NCBI GenBank assembly: GCA_016284045.1
Contig: JAEEOB010000071.1
Location: 2,394-66,393 of the forward strand
Reading direction: 5' to 3'
DNA from: Bacteroidaceae bacterium
GTDB taxonomy: Bacteria > Bacteroidota > Bacteroidia > Bacteroidales > Bacteroidaceae
DNA: 64,000 nucleotides
Below are positions 35,915 through 46,159 of this stretch, piece after piece (positions within the stretch are counted from its first letter, which is position 1; each line of letters starts with the position of its first letter). The notes under the pieces were generated by a model. It ran no database searches and was not told the origin of the DNA. It saw nothing but the letters and a program-made list of their open reading frames with translations. The position numbers were made by a program, and so were the translations under genes.

Positions 35915-37147
35915 ATGGTACTGAATTATATTTGGATTGCATTGTTTGTGATAGGATTGATTGTTGGTATAATCAATCAGTTCATTATGGGTAATGCCGA
36001 TGCACTGCCATCAATGATGGACTCCACGTTTGAGATGTCGAAGTCGGCGTTTGAGATGGCACTGGGTCTGACCGGGACGCTGACACTGTGGATGGGGATC
36101 ATGAAAATCGGTGAGGACAGCGGGATGGTGCGCAAACTCGCCCGTTTTCTCAGCCCTGTTTTGACAAAGCTCTTCCCCGAGGTGCCTAAAGACCATCCGG
36201 CACTGAGCTCAATATTCATGAACGTGTCCGCCAACATGCTTGGACTTGACAACGCCGCCACACCAATGGGTCTGAAAGCGATGCAGGAGCTTCAAGAGCT
36301 GAATAAGAAAAAAGACACCGCCACGAACGCAATGATTATGTTCCTCGTGCTCAACACGTCGGGACTGACCATCATTCCTATCAGCATCATGGCATACCGT
36401 CAGCAGATGGGTGCCGCCGACCCTACCGACGTATTTATCCCGCTGCTGCTCACCACGATGTGCTCCACCGCCGTGGGACTTATCACCGTGTCGATCAAGC
36501 AGAAAATCAACCTGTTTCAGAATGCGTTCCTCGTGATGTTCGCTGTCATCATGGCATTGGTGGCCGCCCTGTTCTGGTCAATCTGGGGCATGGACAAAGG
36601 AGAGATGGAAACATTCTGCCGTGTGCTGACGAGCGTGCTGCTGCTCGGCACCATCATCCTGTTCATCTGCTATGGTATGAAAAAGAAACTGAATGCCTAC
36701 GACTCGTTTATCGAAGGTGCGAAAGGTGGGTTCAAAGTGGCAGTGAGCCTGATACCCTACTACCTCGCCATCCTCGTTGCAATCGGTGTGTTCAAGGCAT
36801 CGGGTGCGATGACACTGTTTCAGGAAGGGATGACCTGGTGTATCGGCTCGTTAGGACTGAACACAGACTTCGTGAGCGCAATACCGGTTGCTATGATGAA
36901 ACCGCTCGACGGTGGAGCCGCCCGCGGCATGATGCTCGACTGCATGCAGACCTACGGTCCCGACTCGTTCGTGGGTCATGTTTCAAGCGTGATGCAGGGC
37001 AGCACCGACACGACTCTGAAAATCCTCGCCATCTACTTCGGTAGCGTGAGCATCAAGAAATACCGTTATGCCGTAGGCTGCGGACTGCTTGCCGACCTTG
37101 CAGGAATTATTGCCGCAATATTAATAAGCTATTTCTTCTTCTATTGA
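35915..37147 (+). CDS. nucleoside-recognition (Gate) domain membrane protein, SpmA/SpmB-like fusion
   Basis: 410 aa polytopic membrane protein. MVLNYIWIALFVIGLIVG... and LGLDNAATPMGLKAM motifs. Confidence 0.8.
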   Translation: MVLNYIWIALFVIGLIVGIINQFIMGNADALPSMMDSTFEMSKSAFEMALGLTGTLTLWMGIMKIGEDSGMVRKLARFLSPVLTKLFPEVPKDHPALSSIFMNVSANMLGLDNAATPMGLKAMQELQELNKKKDTATNAMIMFLVLNTSGLTIIPISIMAYRQQMGAADPTDVFIPLLLTTMCSTAVGLITVSIKQKINLFQNAFLVMFAVIMALVAALFWSIWGMDKGEMETFCRVLTSVLLLGTIILFICYGMKKKLNAYDSFIEGAKGGFKVAVSLIPYYLAILVAIGVFKASGAMTLFQEGMTWCIGSLGLNTDFVSAIPVAMMKPLDGGAARGMMLDCMQTYGPDSFVGHVSSVMQGSTDTTLKILAIYFGSVSIKKYRYAVGCGLLADLAGIIAAILISYFFFY

Positions 37148-37242
37148 TATTACAAAAAGTTATGGGGTGTTCTAAAAATTCTGATTTTGGGATGCTCCTA
37201 CATATAAAGCAAATCATTTAGTTTTTAAAAATAAAAAATAAA

Positions 37243-38016
37243 ATGAGAAAAACAGCATTTAAAACCCTGTTGATGGTATTCACCGGCTGTGTCCTGCTAA
37301 TTAGTTGTGGAGGTAAGAACGACAAGATAGAAGTTACAGACGAAGAGCTGACTGAGACGGCCGCAGTTCCCGGTACAGAGGCTGAGATACCGATGAAGGA
37401 GGTGACGGTGGACGGCAAGACCTACAACGTGGCTGACATCACCGATGAGAGTCATCTCTACAAACAAGAAGTGAACCGCGACAACTGCCTGATTGTGATA
37501 TCCAAGCGTGAGTTCCGGCTTTACGTGTATGAATGCGGGAAAGACACCACACTCGTTGCATCATTCCCCGTGTGCTATGCGAAACGTCCTGGTCCAAAGA
37601 CCAAAGAGGGCGACATGAGCACACCAGAGTGTAATGATCTGAACGATCCGATACGTATAAGCGAGCTGAATCCTGCCTCTGACTGGGAACACGACTTTGG
37701 CGACGGCCGCGGTCAGATCAAGGCCTACGGCGACTGGTTTATCCGCCTGAAGCTGACGGGATCCCTGGCAGGCAACCGCTCCATTGGTATCCATGGAAGC
37801 ACGAACAACGAGGCATCGGTGCCTGGACGTGACAGCGAGGGCTGTATCCGCCTTCGCGATGCCGACATCATCACGCTTCACGACCTGTATGCCCAAGTGG
37901 GGCAGAAAGTGCTTATCAAAGGTGTAGGCGAGCGGAAACTGCCTTTCGAGGAGAAAGCAGAGGCTGCATTAGGCAATAAATATGTGGCTCCGACCGCTGG
38001 AAGGGGGAGTATTTAG
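37243..38016 (+). CDS. L,D-transpeptidase (YkuD family), lipoprotein
   Basis: 257 aa. Lipobox LLISC. SIGIHGS...SEGCIRLRD. Paralogue of 11297-12091. Confidence 0.85.
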   Translation: MRKTAFKTLLMVFTGCVLLISCGGKNDKIEVTDEELTETAAVPGTEAEIPMKEVTVDGKTYNVADITDESHLYKQEVNRDNCLIVISKREFRLYVYECGKDTTLVASFPVCYAKRPGPKTKEGDMSTPECNDLNDPIRISELNPASDWEHDFGDGRGQIKAYGDWFIRLKLTGSLAGNRSIGIHGSTNNEASVPGRDSEGCIRLRDADIITLHDLYAQVGQKVLIKGVGERKLPFEEKAEAALGNKYVAPTAGRGSI

Positions 38017-38050
38017 TTTTTAGAAGGTGACGGGGAGATAGCTTCAGATT

Positions 38051-38077
38051 TAGAGACGCAATACAGCGCGTCTCTAC
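38051..38077 (-). repeat. GTAG-hairpin repeat family 2 (single module) overlapping the HTCS stop codon
   Basis: TAGAGACGC-N8-GCGTCTCTA with a 9-bp stem. The minus strand reads AAG-TAG-AGACGCG, so the TAG of GTAG is the stop codon at 38074-38076. Confidence 0.8.
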
Positions 38078-41000
38078 TTGCGGCTGCGGAGATATTCTGA
38101 AGGGGTCATTCCATAGACGGCTTTGAAGTTCATGGAAAAGCTTTTGACGGTGGTGAATCCTACCGCGTATGCAATTTCGGTGATTTGCATCTGAGAGGAC
38201 TCGAGGAGAGCTTTTCCGCGCTTGATGCGTATGGTGCGGATAAATTCAGCAGGTCCCTGCCCAATAATTACCATAAGTTTTTTATAGAGCGTGGAGCGTG
38301 ACATGCCCACTTCTGCTGCAAGCGACTCCACTGAGAATTCGGAGTCGTCGATATGCTGCTCCACAAGACTTATCATTTTCTGTATGAGTTGCTCGTCGAG
38401 CGGTGTGATAGTGATTTCGCTCGGCTCGATATTGATGGTTTTGCGAAACTTCTGATGATTGGCTTTCTCCCACTCCATGAACTTCTCCACACGCAGGCGC
38501 AGCACCTCCACGTTGAACGGCTTAGTGAGATAGTCGTCGGCACCGAGCTGCAAGCCCTCGATGCGACTCACGTCGGTGGTGCGTGCAGTGAGCAGGATGA
38601 CTGGGATATGCGATAGTGCGATGTCGGACTTCATAATTCGGCAAAGTTCAAATCCGTCCACCCCCGGCATCATCACGTCACTGATGACCAATGCCACCTG
38701 CTCTTGTCGCAGGATATCAAGAGCCATCGCACCGTCTGTTGCCTTGAACACTTGATAGTCGCCTTCCATACACGAAGACACGAAGTCGAGCATATCCTTG
38801 TTGTCATCCACGACGAGGATAGCTGGTACAGCAGGCTTGTTCTCCTCTGCCTTCTCCGATTCTGAAGAAACGGGCTGCCCATTCTCCTCATTTATCTCAG
38901 GCACCGGCTCTGCCTGGCGTGTGACAGGCAACGTAATCGTAAAGACACTGCCATGCGGCTGGTTGTCAGACACATGAATGGTTCCGTCGTGCAATTTCAC
39001 ATACTCTTCGGCGATATGAAGACCGATTCCGCTGCCAATCTGAGAGCTGTCGTTGGAGCTGAGCTGGAAGAAGCGCTTGAAGATATTCTCCTTCTCGCTG
39101 TCTGGTATTCCCTTACCCGTGTCTCTGACGATGATGGACACCAGCGTCCCGCTGTTGCCTATGGTATCGGGATTTCCTCTGAACTCCAGCTCGATATCCC
39201 CTCCTACGGGTGTAAACTTAAGCGCGTTGGACAGCAGGTTGTAGATCACCTTGCTCATCTTCTCGCGGTCGTAGTCCATGATGAAGCTGTTCGTGTCGTG
39301 CTTGAACGACAGGCTGATATTACGTTCCTCAGCATAATCGCTGAACGAGAGGACTATGCTGTTGAGGTGGTCAACGATGTCACCCTGCCGCAGATTCAGG
39401 CTCTCCACACCCACATCGAGCCGACGGAAGTCAAGCAAGTCGTTCACCTCTCCAAGCAAGAGCTGTGCGTTCTTACGTACAGTCTTCAGCCGGTTGAGCA
39501 GGTTCTCCGGCATGGTTCCCTCCTCCATTTTGTTGACAATCTGCTCCAATGGCGACACAATGAGTGTGAGCGGCGTACGCAGATCGTGGCTGATGTTGGT
39601 GAAGAACTGCAGTTTCATGTTCGTTATCTGCACCATCTGCTGATGCTCCATCTGCTGTTGCTGCTGCTCCATCCGCTCTTTCTGCCGCTGCTGGAACCGT
39701 CGCCAGACATAGTAGGCAGCAAGCAGCGCCGCCAGGATATAGACGATAATCATGGCCGTTGACTGGAAGAAAGGGGGCGAAACGTAAATTTTCAGCTCGT
39801 ATGGTTCCCCTCTCGAGCCGTCCTCTCTGCAGACACAGAGCTGAAGCGTGTAATCTCCAGGTGGGAGTCCGTGGAACGACACATAATTGTGGTCGGTGAC
39901 CACCCAGTCGCCCATCTGCCCCACGAGCCTGTAGGCAAACCGGCTTCTCTGCATCCCTCCGAGCGTCCCGTCGAAAAACTTCACTGTGATATAAGCCGCA
40001 TCATGGTTAAGTTTCACGGTCGTGGTGTTCTCATTAATCAGGCTGTCTCCGACAGCAATCTCACTGATAATAAGCTTCCTGTCATTGTTTTTCACAGATA
40101 TCAGCTCCTTCGGATTGAAGCTCACATATCCGTCGGTTCCTCCCATGAGGATATTCCCCTGCGGAGAGCAAGCGATGGAAGCAGAGTTGAAATAGAACTT
40201 CATCATGTTCTGCCTCGACATGAAATTTCTTGTGTTGGGAATAAGTGCCCCCGCTTTTCTTTCAGGCTTTATATTCAACACATTTCCGTTTGATGTGCAT
40301 ATCCAGTATGAACTGTCCTGTCCTCTTACAATCCCTTTGATGATATCCGCATTGAGGTTGAGATAATACAAAGAGTCGGCAGTCATGTCGTACAAAGTGA
40401 CGCCTTTCTGATGCCCAAGCACCATCATTTGCCGTCGTGTATCGACAGAGACGAAGTTAATCATCTGACTCAGCCATTGCTGTGTGCCTTTCCTGTTGCC
40501 GAACGAAACCTCACAAAGTTTTGTGGCGGGGTTGTATGTCCACAGTCCATACACCGAGGCAATATACATCGTTCCTTCATCGTCCAAACAAAAGCCGGTG
40601 CCGAGAATATCGCTGTCATCCCCTCTCACTATTGTTGCAGCCTTGGTCTTCTCATCAAACATGACGGTCTTTCCCAAAGCCGATGAAGCCCAGATGTTTC
40701 CCCTGCCGTCTCTGGCTAATGTCCACACGTTGTTGACAGGAAAAGAATTGTCGTCGGTGGAATATCTGGTGAAGCGACTCTCATTGTCAAAATGATAGAG
40801 TCCCTGATTATAGGCACCAGCCCACATCCCGCCGTTTCCGTCGCTCATCAGCGTCATGATGGTGATGTTAGGCACGGCGGTCTTCACGAGCGTACCGTCT
40901 TTTTTCTCCACATACACGCCGTCGCCGTCGGTTCCCAACCATAGATTGCCGTTTGAGTCGTACTCCATGGCAAGGATGTCACCGCTCTCAGCCGCATGGG

Positions 41001-42078
41001 GCCGAAGGAAATTGTATGCGTCACTTCCGTAGGAAACTCCCGTCTTGAAATGTCCCACCCACAGCGTGCCGTTTTCATCAACTTCCAGACAAGTGATATT
41101 GTCGGATGCCAGCGAGAAGAGCCTGTCGCGTTTGTAAGTGATATTGGTGATGCTCTCCGTCTTCTTGTTATAGACGAAAACACCCTCATGGTCGGTGGCA
41201 ATCCATATATTTCCCTGCCGGTCGTCAATCACATCCCGGATGGCATTGTTCTTCGAAGCTCCTGATATCTCAGGTAGCTTAACCATCTCCCCTGTGATTT
41301 TTCCTCCCACACTGTATCGGCAGATGTAGTCGCTCTGGATACTGAAAACCCACAGTGTGGCATCAGCGTCGGTGACCACCCTTATATCCTCTACCGATGG
41401 GTTGAAATCATGCGGGACAGCCACCTTTGTGAGTTTGGCGGTGTTGGTGTCGAACTGCCACAAAGCACGTTCGGCAGAAAAGCATATTCCGCTAGACGTC
41501 TCGGCTATCACATTCATTGCCGCCTCAGGGAACGGAAGGTTGGCCACTTCCCAAGACATGAGATGATGCTTACGGAAATCATCGTGATAGATGCCTTTTT
41601 CTGTCAGCACCCAGACCGACCCATTCCTGTTGATTTTCAACCTGTATTTTCCGTCGAGAGGAATACCGAGTCCTTGTAGTATTTCATCTGCAGATGCCGA
41701 GAACCGCGCAGTCTTGGTGTCATAAATAAAAAATTTGTCCTCACACTCAATCCAGACACGCCCTTCTGAATCTTCCTGCATGGTGATGACATGGCTGTTG
41801 AACAGCATATTCAGCTGTTGGTCCTCCGTGTCGGCAAACCTTGAATTCACATCATATCCATTATATCGGTTGATTCCCTGATCAGTGCCTATCCAGAGGT
41901 ATCCCTTACTGTCGGCAAGCAGACAAGACACGGAGTTGCTGTTCAGTCCGTCAGAAGTCTCGAGGGTCTGAAACAGGTACTTGTCTTGAGTCTGGGCTTG
42001 GGAGGTCAGAGAGACAAGCAGAGAGAGGAATATGGAGAGGATGAGTCGCAAGGTCTGAGTGATTTTAGTTTTTAGCAA
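38074..42078 (-). CDS. hybrid two-component system sensor kinase/response regulator (HTCS) with AraC-type output
   Basis: 1334 aa. Signal peptide, periplasmic beta-propeller-type repeats, TM helix, HisKA (FTNISHDLRTPLT), HATPase (GSGIGLHIAEEY), receiver (ILVVDDNKDM...DVMMPGVDG), AraC HTH C-terminus. Only a TTG (42078) is available as a start in this frame. Confidence 0.93.
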   Translation of the reverse strand: MLKTKITQTLRLILSIFLSLLVSLTSQAQTQDKYLFQTLETSDGLNSNSVSCLLADSKGYLWIGTDQGINRYNGYDVNSRFADTEDQQLNMLFNSHVITMQEDSEGRVWIECEDKFFIYDTKTARFSASADEILQGLGIPLDGKYRLKINRNGSVWVLTEKGIYHDDFRKHHLMSWEVANLPFPEAAMNVIAETSSGICFSAERALWQFDTNTAKLTKVAVPHDFNPSVEDIRVVTDADATLWVFSIQSDYICRYSVGGKITGEMVKLPEISGASKNNAIRDVIDDRQGNIWIATDHEGVFVYNKKTESITNITYKRDRLFSLASDNITCLEVDENGTLWVGHFKTGVSYGSDAYNFLRPHAAESGDILAMEYDSNGNLWLGTDGDGVYVEKKDGTLVKTAVPNITIMTLMSDGNGGMWAGAYNQGLYHFDNESRFTRYSTDDNSFPVNNVWTLARDGRGNIWASSALGKTVMFDEKTKAATIVRGDDSDILGTGFCLDDEGTMYIASVYGLWTYNPATKLCEVSFGNRKGTQQWLSQMINFVSVDTRRQMMVLGHQKGVTLYDMTADSLYYLNLNADIIKGIVRGQDSSYWICTSNGNVLNIKPERKAGALIPNTRNFMSRQNMMKFYFNSASIACSPQGNILMGGTDGYVSFNPKELISVKNNDRKLIISEIAVGDSLINENTTTVKLNHDAAYITVKFFDGTLGGMQRSRFAYRLVGQMGDWVVTDHNYVSFHGLPPGDYTLQLCVCREDGSRGEPYELKIYVSPPFFQSTAMIIVYILAALLAAYYVWRRFQQRQKERMEQQQQQMEHQQMVQITNMKLQFFTNISHDLRTPLTLIVSPLEQIVNKMEEGTMPENLLNRLKTVRKNAQLLLGEVNDLLDFRRLDVGVESLNLRQGDIVDHLNSIVLSFSDYAEERNISLSFKHDTNSFIMDYDREKMSKVIYNLLSNALKFTPVGGDIELEFRGNPDTIGNSGTLVSIIVRDTGKGIPDSEKENIFKRFFQLSSNDSSQIGSGIGLHIAEEYVKLHDGTIHVSDNQPHGSVFTITLPVTRQAEPVPEINEENGQPVSSESEKAEENKPAVPAILVVDDNKDMLDFVSSCMEGDYQVFKATDGAMALDILRQEQVALVISDVMMPGVDGFELCRIMKSDIALSHIPVILLTARTTDVSRIEGLQLGADDYLTKPFNVEVLRLRVEKFMEWEKANHQKFRKTINIEPSEITITPLDEQLIQKMISLVEQHIDDSEFSVESLAAEVGMSRSTLYKKLMVIIGQGPAEFIRTIRIKRGKALLESSQMQITEIAYAVGFTTVKSFSMNFKAVYGMTPSEYLRSRK

Positions 42079-42130
42079 ACATTTTGAGATTAGAAAGAAA
42101 ATCAGAAAAATAACAGGTATATGGGCGCAT

Positions 42131-42250
42131 TACGGTTTTCTTTAGACACCCCACGGGGAGTCTCTACAACTTCTACGGCTATTTCATACGTGGGTGAGTA
42201 ATTGGGAAGCGTTCCCTCCCTTTAAACTTTGATTGGGAAGCGTTCCTACC
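42131..42250 (-). repeat. GTAG-hairpin repeat family 2, long copy
   Basis: tacggttttctttagacaccccacggggagtctctacaacttctacggctatttcatacgtgggtgagtaattgggaagcgttcc...; aligns with 53208-53343 and 47571-47675. Confidence 0.85.
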
Positions 42251-42326
42251 GCATAAACCTAAAACCTTAAACTTAGAAGTCAGAGACACAAGACCCGTCG
42301 GAAAGGGGCTTCATGCCTCTGACTTG

Positions 42327-42334
42327 CAAAGATA
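42327..42334 (-). promoter_or_regulatory. candidate -7 box TATCTTTG for the HTCS gene
   Basis: Plus strand reads caaagata. Implies a ~240 nt leader that contains the family 2 repeat. Confidence 0.4.
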
Positions 42335-42404
42335 CAAAAAAATTACTACTTATTATCTACACTTATTGAGATAATCTTTTCTGTTTGCAGGTTGAACAAT
42401 AATC

Positions 42405-45400
42405 TTATTCCACGCCTGCCATGATGTTGATGATTGCCACCACATCGGAGATGTCGGTCTTTGTGTCGCCATTGACATCAGCCGACGCGGCGAAGGTGGC
42501 ATCGCCCGCCATGGTGTTGATGACCGCCACGACATCAGAGATATCGGTCTTGCCGTCGCCGTTCACATCACCCTTCACGTCTGCACCGAGGCTTACGCAG
42601 TAGAGGCGGAAGTTGTCTAGCTTATAGCGTCCGCAGCAGTCCCACCAGTTCTCCTCATAGTTGCAGTTCGTTGCGATTTTGTTATTGTCAGTACGCACAC
42701 CGAACACCAGCGGCTCGCCTGCTCTGACAGTCACCTCAACCTCAAGCGTTGACATGTTTCCCATGTCGCCCGACTCACCTGTGAGCGTGCTGTTCACCTC
42801 GTCGTATCCTGCGAACGTGCGTGAGAGCTCTTCCGGATGGAGGTTATCGAGCTCCGACTCGATGTAGTTCTCCTGCTTTCCGTAATACTGTGCGTTGTTG
42901 TTGACGAGCAGACGCTGACCAGTCAGGCGTGAGCATCCTCCTTCGTAAGTGACATTCATATCTACAGTCACTTTATAAGTACCAGCCGGCAGTCCCTCAA
43001 TCGTCTGATAGAGATAGGTGTCGGGCACCGGTGCTGAGAGGAGGCAGTAAGAGTGAGCACCGTCGGTTGTGAAATCGTTGTCCTCAATGGCAGTCCAGCT
43101 GTTGATGCCAGCGTCGGTCATCTCTTGCGCCGTCTTACATTCCTTGCCCTCGATGATCATTGACCATCCGAACGGTGCGGTATGAGCCGCGTTGCCCACG
43201 GTCTCGTCGTTACCGTAAGTGTTCTCGAAGCTTGGATTGACAATCAGCTTTGTGATGTCATCGCCAGGATTGATGCCTGCAGCGATTTTCGCTTTGAGTA
43301 TCTGGCTCTGGATATCCTCTACAGCCTTAGCCACACCTTCAGCGTCGAGCGAGGGATACTCAGCGTTATATATCTCATTGTTTTCATTATAAAGTGTTGA
43401 CAGCTGCTGTCCTTCAGGAGTCTGCGCTGTGGGCTCATCGGAGAGCGTTTCAGCAGCCTCTTCCAGAATCACGGCAAACAAGTTATAATCCTTGATGCTT
43501 GCCTGAGCCGGCTCTATAAGTGCCAGGAGCGCTGTTGAGGCATTGTTGTAATCGTCGAACTTACTGCTGTTGCTGTCGATGACAGCCTGTGCTGCAGCTT
43601 TCGCTTCCTCAATCTGCTGACGGATGGTTCCCTGCATCTTGCTTTGCAGCAGTTCGTCGGCCTGCTGAATTGCAGCTGTGAGATTCGCCTTCGCCTCTTT
43701 CAGGTCTGCCCCCACATAGTAAAGTCTCAGGTTGTAGAAGCAGTTCCAGAAGCCGTTGGATGAACAGTCGAACTCCACTTTCAGTGTGTGGTCGGTAACG
43801 GTAGCCTCCACCACATTGTTATAAAGTCCAAGCTCAAAGAACTTGAGAGCTGTATTAGCATCGTTCGGCACAAAGTATGCCGCAGCCTCATATCCCTCCT
43901 GGATGTCGGTCGGTCCGCAAGCGAAAACATTGTGAATGGTGGTCTCACCGTCGTTAAGTCTCAGTTTTGATGTCACACGTGCGTCGATAGATCCATCGCT
44001 GGCAAGCCAGTCGCTCTCCGACTGTGCCCAGTCCCATGAGCACCACTGGAATCCCTGCACCTCGAGGCGGTATGTACCGTTCGGCACGTTCTCCACCACC
44101 TGTTCAGCCTTCCAGTCGCTCCACCATTTCTCCATCACCTTCTTGCCGGAGTCGATGCTGAAATCATTGAGTGTTGCCACCCAGCCTCCAGTCGTGTCGA
44201 AATGTCCGTTGATGAGCAGGTCGGTCACATCCGTGCCACTTGCAATCACCGAATTCTTAGCCTTGGCGTTGAGTTCCGTGAGCTTGGCAATGACAGCCTG
44301 AATCTGTTCGTTGTCGTAAGCTAAGTTGTTGAAATTGTCCTCAATCTCATTCTCATAGTAATAGTCGGAAAGAATGCCCATCTCGTCGGAGTCGCCCAAT
44401 GTGAAGGTCTTTCTGATGTCTTTCATCAGCTCATCCAGCTCAGCGTAAGCCTCCTGGTTCTGGAGAGCCGCCTCATAGTCAGCCTGGAACTGGGTGAAGA
44501 GTTCCTCCTGCGCTGCCTCGTCGCCGCTTGAAATCAGTTCGTTTGCCCTTGTGATGTCGGTGTTGAGCTGGTTGGCATACGCCGAATTGATGCTTTCACT
44601 GTCAATCAGAGTCTGAGAATTCCCAATCAATGCTGTCAGCCGCTCCGATGCAGGTTTTTCGCCGAGGTACTCCAGTTTGAAGTCGAGGATGACACACTGT
44701 CCTACGTTTGTTCCCTCGAACATGATTCCGACCTCAGCCTCGCCTGTACGGCACTCGAACACCACCTCAGAGAGTCCGCGCCACCATCCGGTGTCGGTGA
44801 GTGGCTCTTTAAAGAGCTTGTCGCCCACTTTCGCATAGATATAAGCTCCTGTGATCGGGTCGCCCTCCTCGCCTGTGTGGCGTATCCACAGTCCGTAGTT
44901 TCCGAATTTATACTTACCGTTGGGAATGCCGGTAATCGTCTGATAAACCTTGTTGTCGCCAAAAGCTCCGCCTGACCACGAACCGAGCGTCTTATTGTCG
45001 CTGTAGAAGCCCTCATTGTCGAACTCGCCCATTCCACAGAAATTAGCCGGCACCATGGTCCATCCGGGAACATCGTGGCCGTCGCTCACCCAGTTCTCAG
45101 TCAGGTCGGCATTGCGCAGATATTTTGAAGTCACGTCGAACGGATTGTCCTCTGTGGCCTTTTGCATACGTACTTCAAAGAGAACGTCGGCAACGCTCTC
45201 AACCGCCACCTCAAAGTCCTCCTTGGTGGATGCGGGGTTGTTATACACCTCAAGCAGCGCGGTGATGTCCTTCCCATAGTTCTGCATATCCGTCATGGCA
45301 TTATGCAGATTACGCTTGGCAATGAAAGCCTGATAGTCGGTCTCGCTCACGATTATCCATGCGATATCTCCGTCTTCAGCCTTCACCAACGGCATGACCT

Positions 45401-45842
45401 GCCAGTTCTCGTGTGACAGTCCGGTCCACATGTCGGGATAAGCCGACCATGAGAAGTCGGGGTCGGACTTCGACGGGCGGATATAATAATAAGCTCCCCC
45501 TTCCTGGCTTTCAATACACCATTCGATGTTGGAGTCTTTCGAGCCTCCGTTGTCGCCCACATATTCCAGGTCGGAATAGAGAAAACCATTGTCCACCTCC
45601 AAAGTCCAGTCGCCATTCTCGGCAGATTTGAGGTTGACCTGTTTGCCCTCATCCTGCAGTGTGACCTTCATGCTGGATGAACTCAGGAATTTCTCAACAG
45701 ACACATTATAAAAATAATAAGTCTGCTGGTTTTCTGGAATGCTGTTGGCTGGCACTGGCTTGTCCCATTCAGCAGCAGCTACGGTAAGCGAGGATGCCAC
45801 CGCCATTGTCAAAAACAGAAAAAGTAGTTTTGTTCGTTTCAT
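42405..45842 (-). CDS. secreted multi-module protein: three CBM4/9-like beta-sandwich modules, helical FIVAR-like linkers, C-terminal type-I dockerin
   Basis: 1145 aa. Signal peptide present. Module starts LINGHFDTTGGW and IVNPSFENT...GW are CBM4_9-like. Ala/Gln/Glu-rich helical linkers. C-terminal GDVNGDGKTDISDVVAVINTMAG and ADVNGDTKTDISDVVAIINIMAG. Confidence 0.8.
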   Translation of the reverse strand: MKRTKLLFLFLTMAVASSLTVAAAEWDKPVPANSIPENQQTYYFYNVSVEKFLSSSSMKVTLQDEGKQVNLKSAENGDWTLEVDNGFLYSDLEYVGDNGGSKDSNIEWCIESQEGGAYYYIRPSKSDPDFSWSAYPDMWTGLSHENWQVMPLVKAEDGDIAWIIVSETDYQAFIAKRNLHNAMTDMQNYGKDITALLEVYNNPASTKEDFEVAVESVADVLFEVRMQKATEDNPFDVTSKYLRNADLTENWVSDGHDVPGWTMVPANFCGMGEFDNEGFYSDNKTLGSWSGGAFGDNKVYQTITGIPNGKYKFGNYGLWIRHTGEEGDPITGAYIYAKVGDKLFKEPLTDTGWWRGLSEVVFECRTGEAEVGIMFEGTNVGQCVILDFKLEYLGEKPASERLTALIGNSQTLIDSESINSAYANQLNTDITRANELISSGDEAAQEELFTQFQADYEAALQNQEAYAELDELMKDIRKTFTLGDSDEMGILSDYYYENEIEDNFNNLAYDNEQIQAVIAKLTELNAKAKNSVIASGTDVTDLLINGHFDTTGGWVATLNDFSIDSGKKVMEKWWSDWKAEQVVENVPNGTYRLEVQGFQWCSWDWAQSESDWLASDGSIDARVTSKLRLNDGETTIHNVFACGPTDIQEGYEAAAYFVPNDANTALKFFELGLYNNVVEATVTDHTLKVEFDCSSNGFWNCFYNLRLYYVGADLKEAKANLTAAIQQADELLQSKMQGTIRQQIEEAKAAAQAVIDSNSSKFDDYNNASTALLALIEPAQASIKDYNLFAVILEEAAETLSDEPTAQTPEGQQLSTLYNENNEIYNAEYPSLDAEGVAKAVEDIQSQILKAKIAAGINPGDDITKLIVNPSFENTYGNDETVGNAAHTAPFGWSMIIEGKECKTAQEMTDAGINSWTAIEDNDFTTDGAHSYCLLSAPVPDTYLYQTIEGLPAGTYKVTVDMNVTYEGGCSRLTGQRLLVNNNAQYYGKQENYIESELDNLHPEELSRTFAGYDEVNSTLTGESGDMGNMSTLEVEVTVRAGEPLVFGVRTDNNKIATNCNYEENWWDCCGRYKLDNFRLYCVSLGADVKGDVNGDGKTDISDVVAVINTMAGDATFAASADVNGDTKTDISDVVAIINIMAGVE

Positions 45843-45933
45843 AATTAGTTATAATTTAGTTGTTAAATGAATTTTCGCTTTTATAAATTATATTTTTACG
45901 ATTAATAGTGCTTTTGTACTAAAAATTTTCAGA

Positions 45934-45941
45934 CAAAATTA
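45934..45941 (-). promoter_or_regulatory. candidate -7 box TAATTTTG for the 42405-45842 gene
   Basis: Plus strand reads caaaatta, ~90 nt upstream of the ATG. Confidence 0.4.
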
Positions 45942-46079
45942 CGTTTAATTTTATTTTGGTGTTAGTCATTTTGTTTCAAAAAAGAGAAAAGATGTTGTTT
46001 TAAGGGCAAAATCAAACTGAATGAAACATAAATTCCCCTCTAAAAACTATTTTTTCTTCTTGAGAAAGCGATTTTTGAG

Positions 46080-46087
46080 TAAATTTG
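46080..46087 (+). promoter_or_regulatory. candidate -7 box TAAATTTG for the GH5 gene
   Basis: ~70 nt upstream of the ATG at 46160. Confidence 0.4.
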
Positions 46088-46159
46088 CAATAGTTTTTTA
46101 AGAAGACCAGAAGAAGAGAAGATAAGACAAAAACAATAGGCACATAACTATTATAAACA

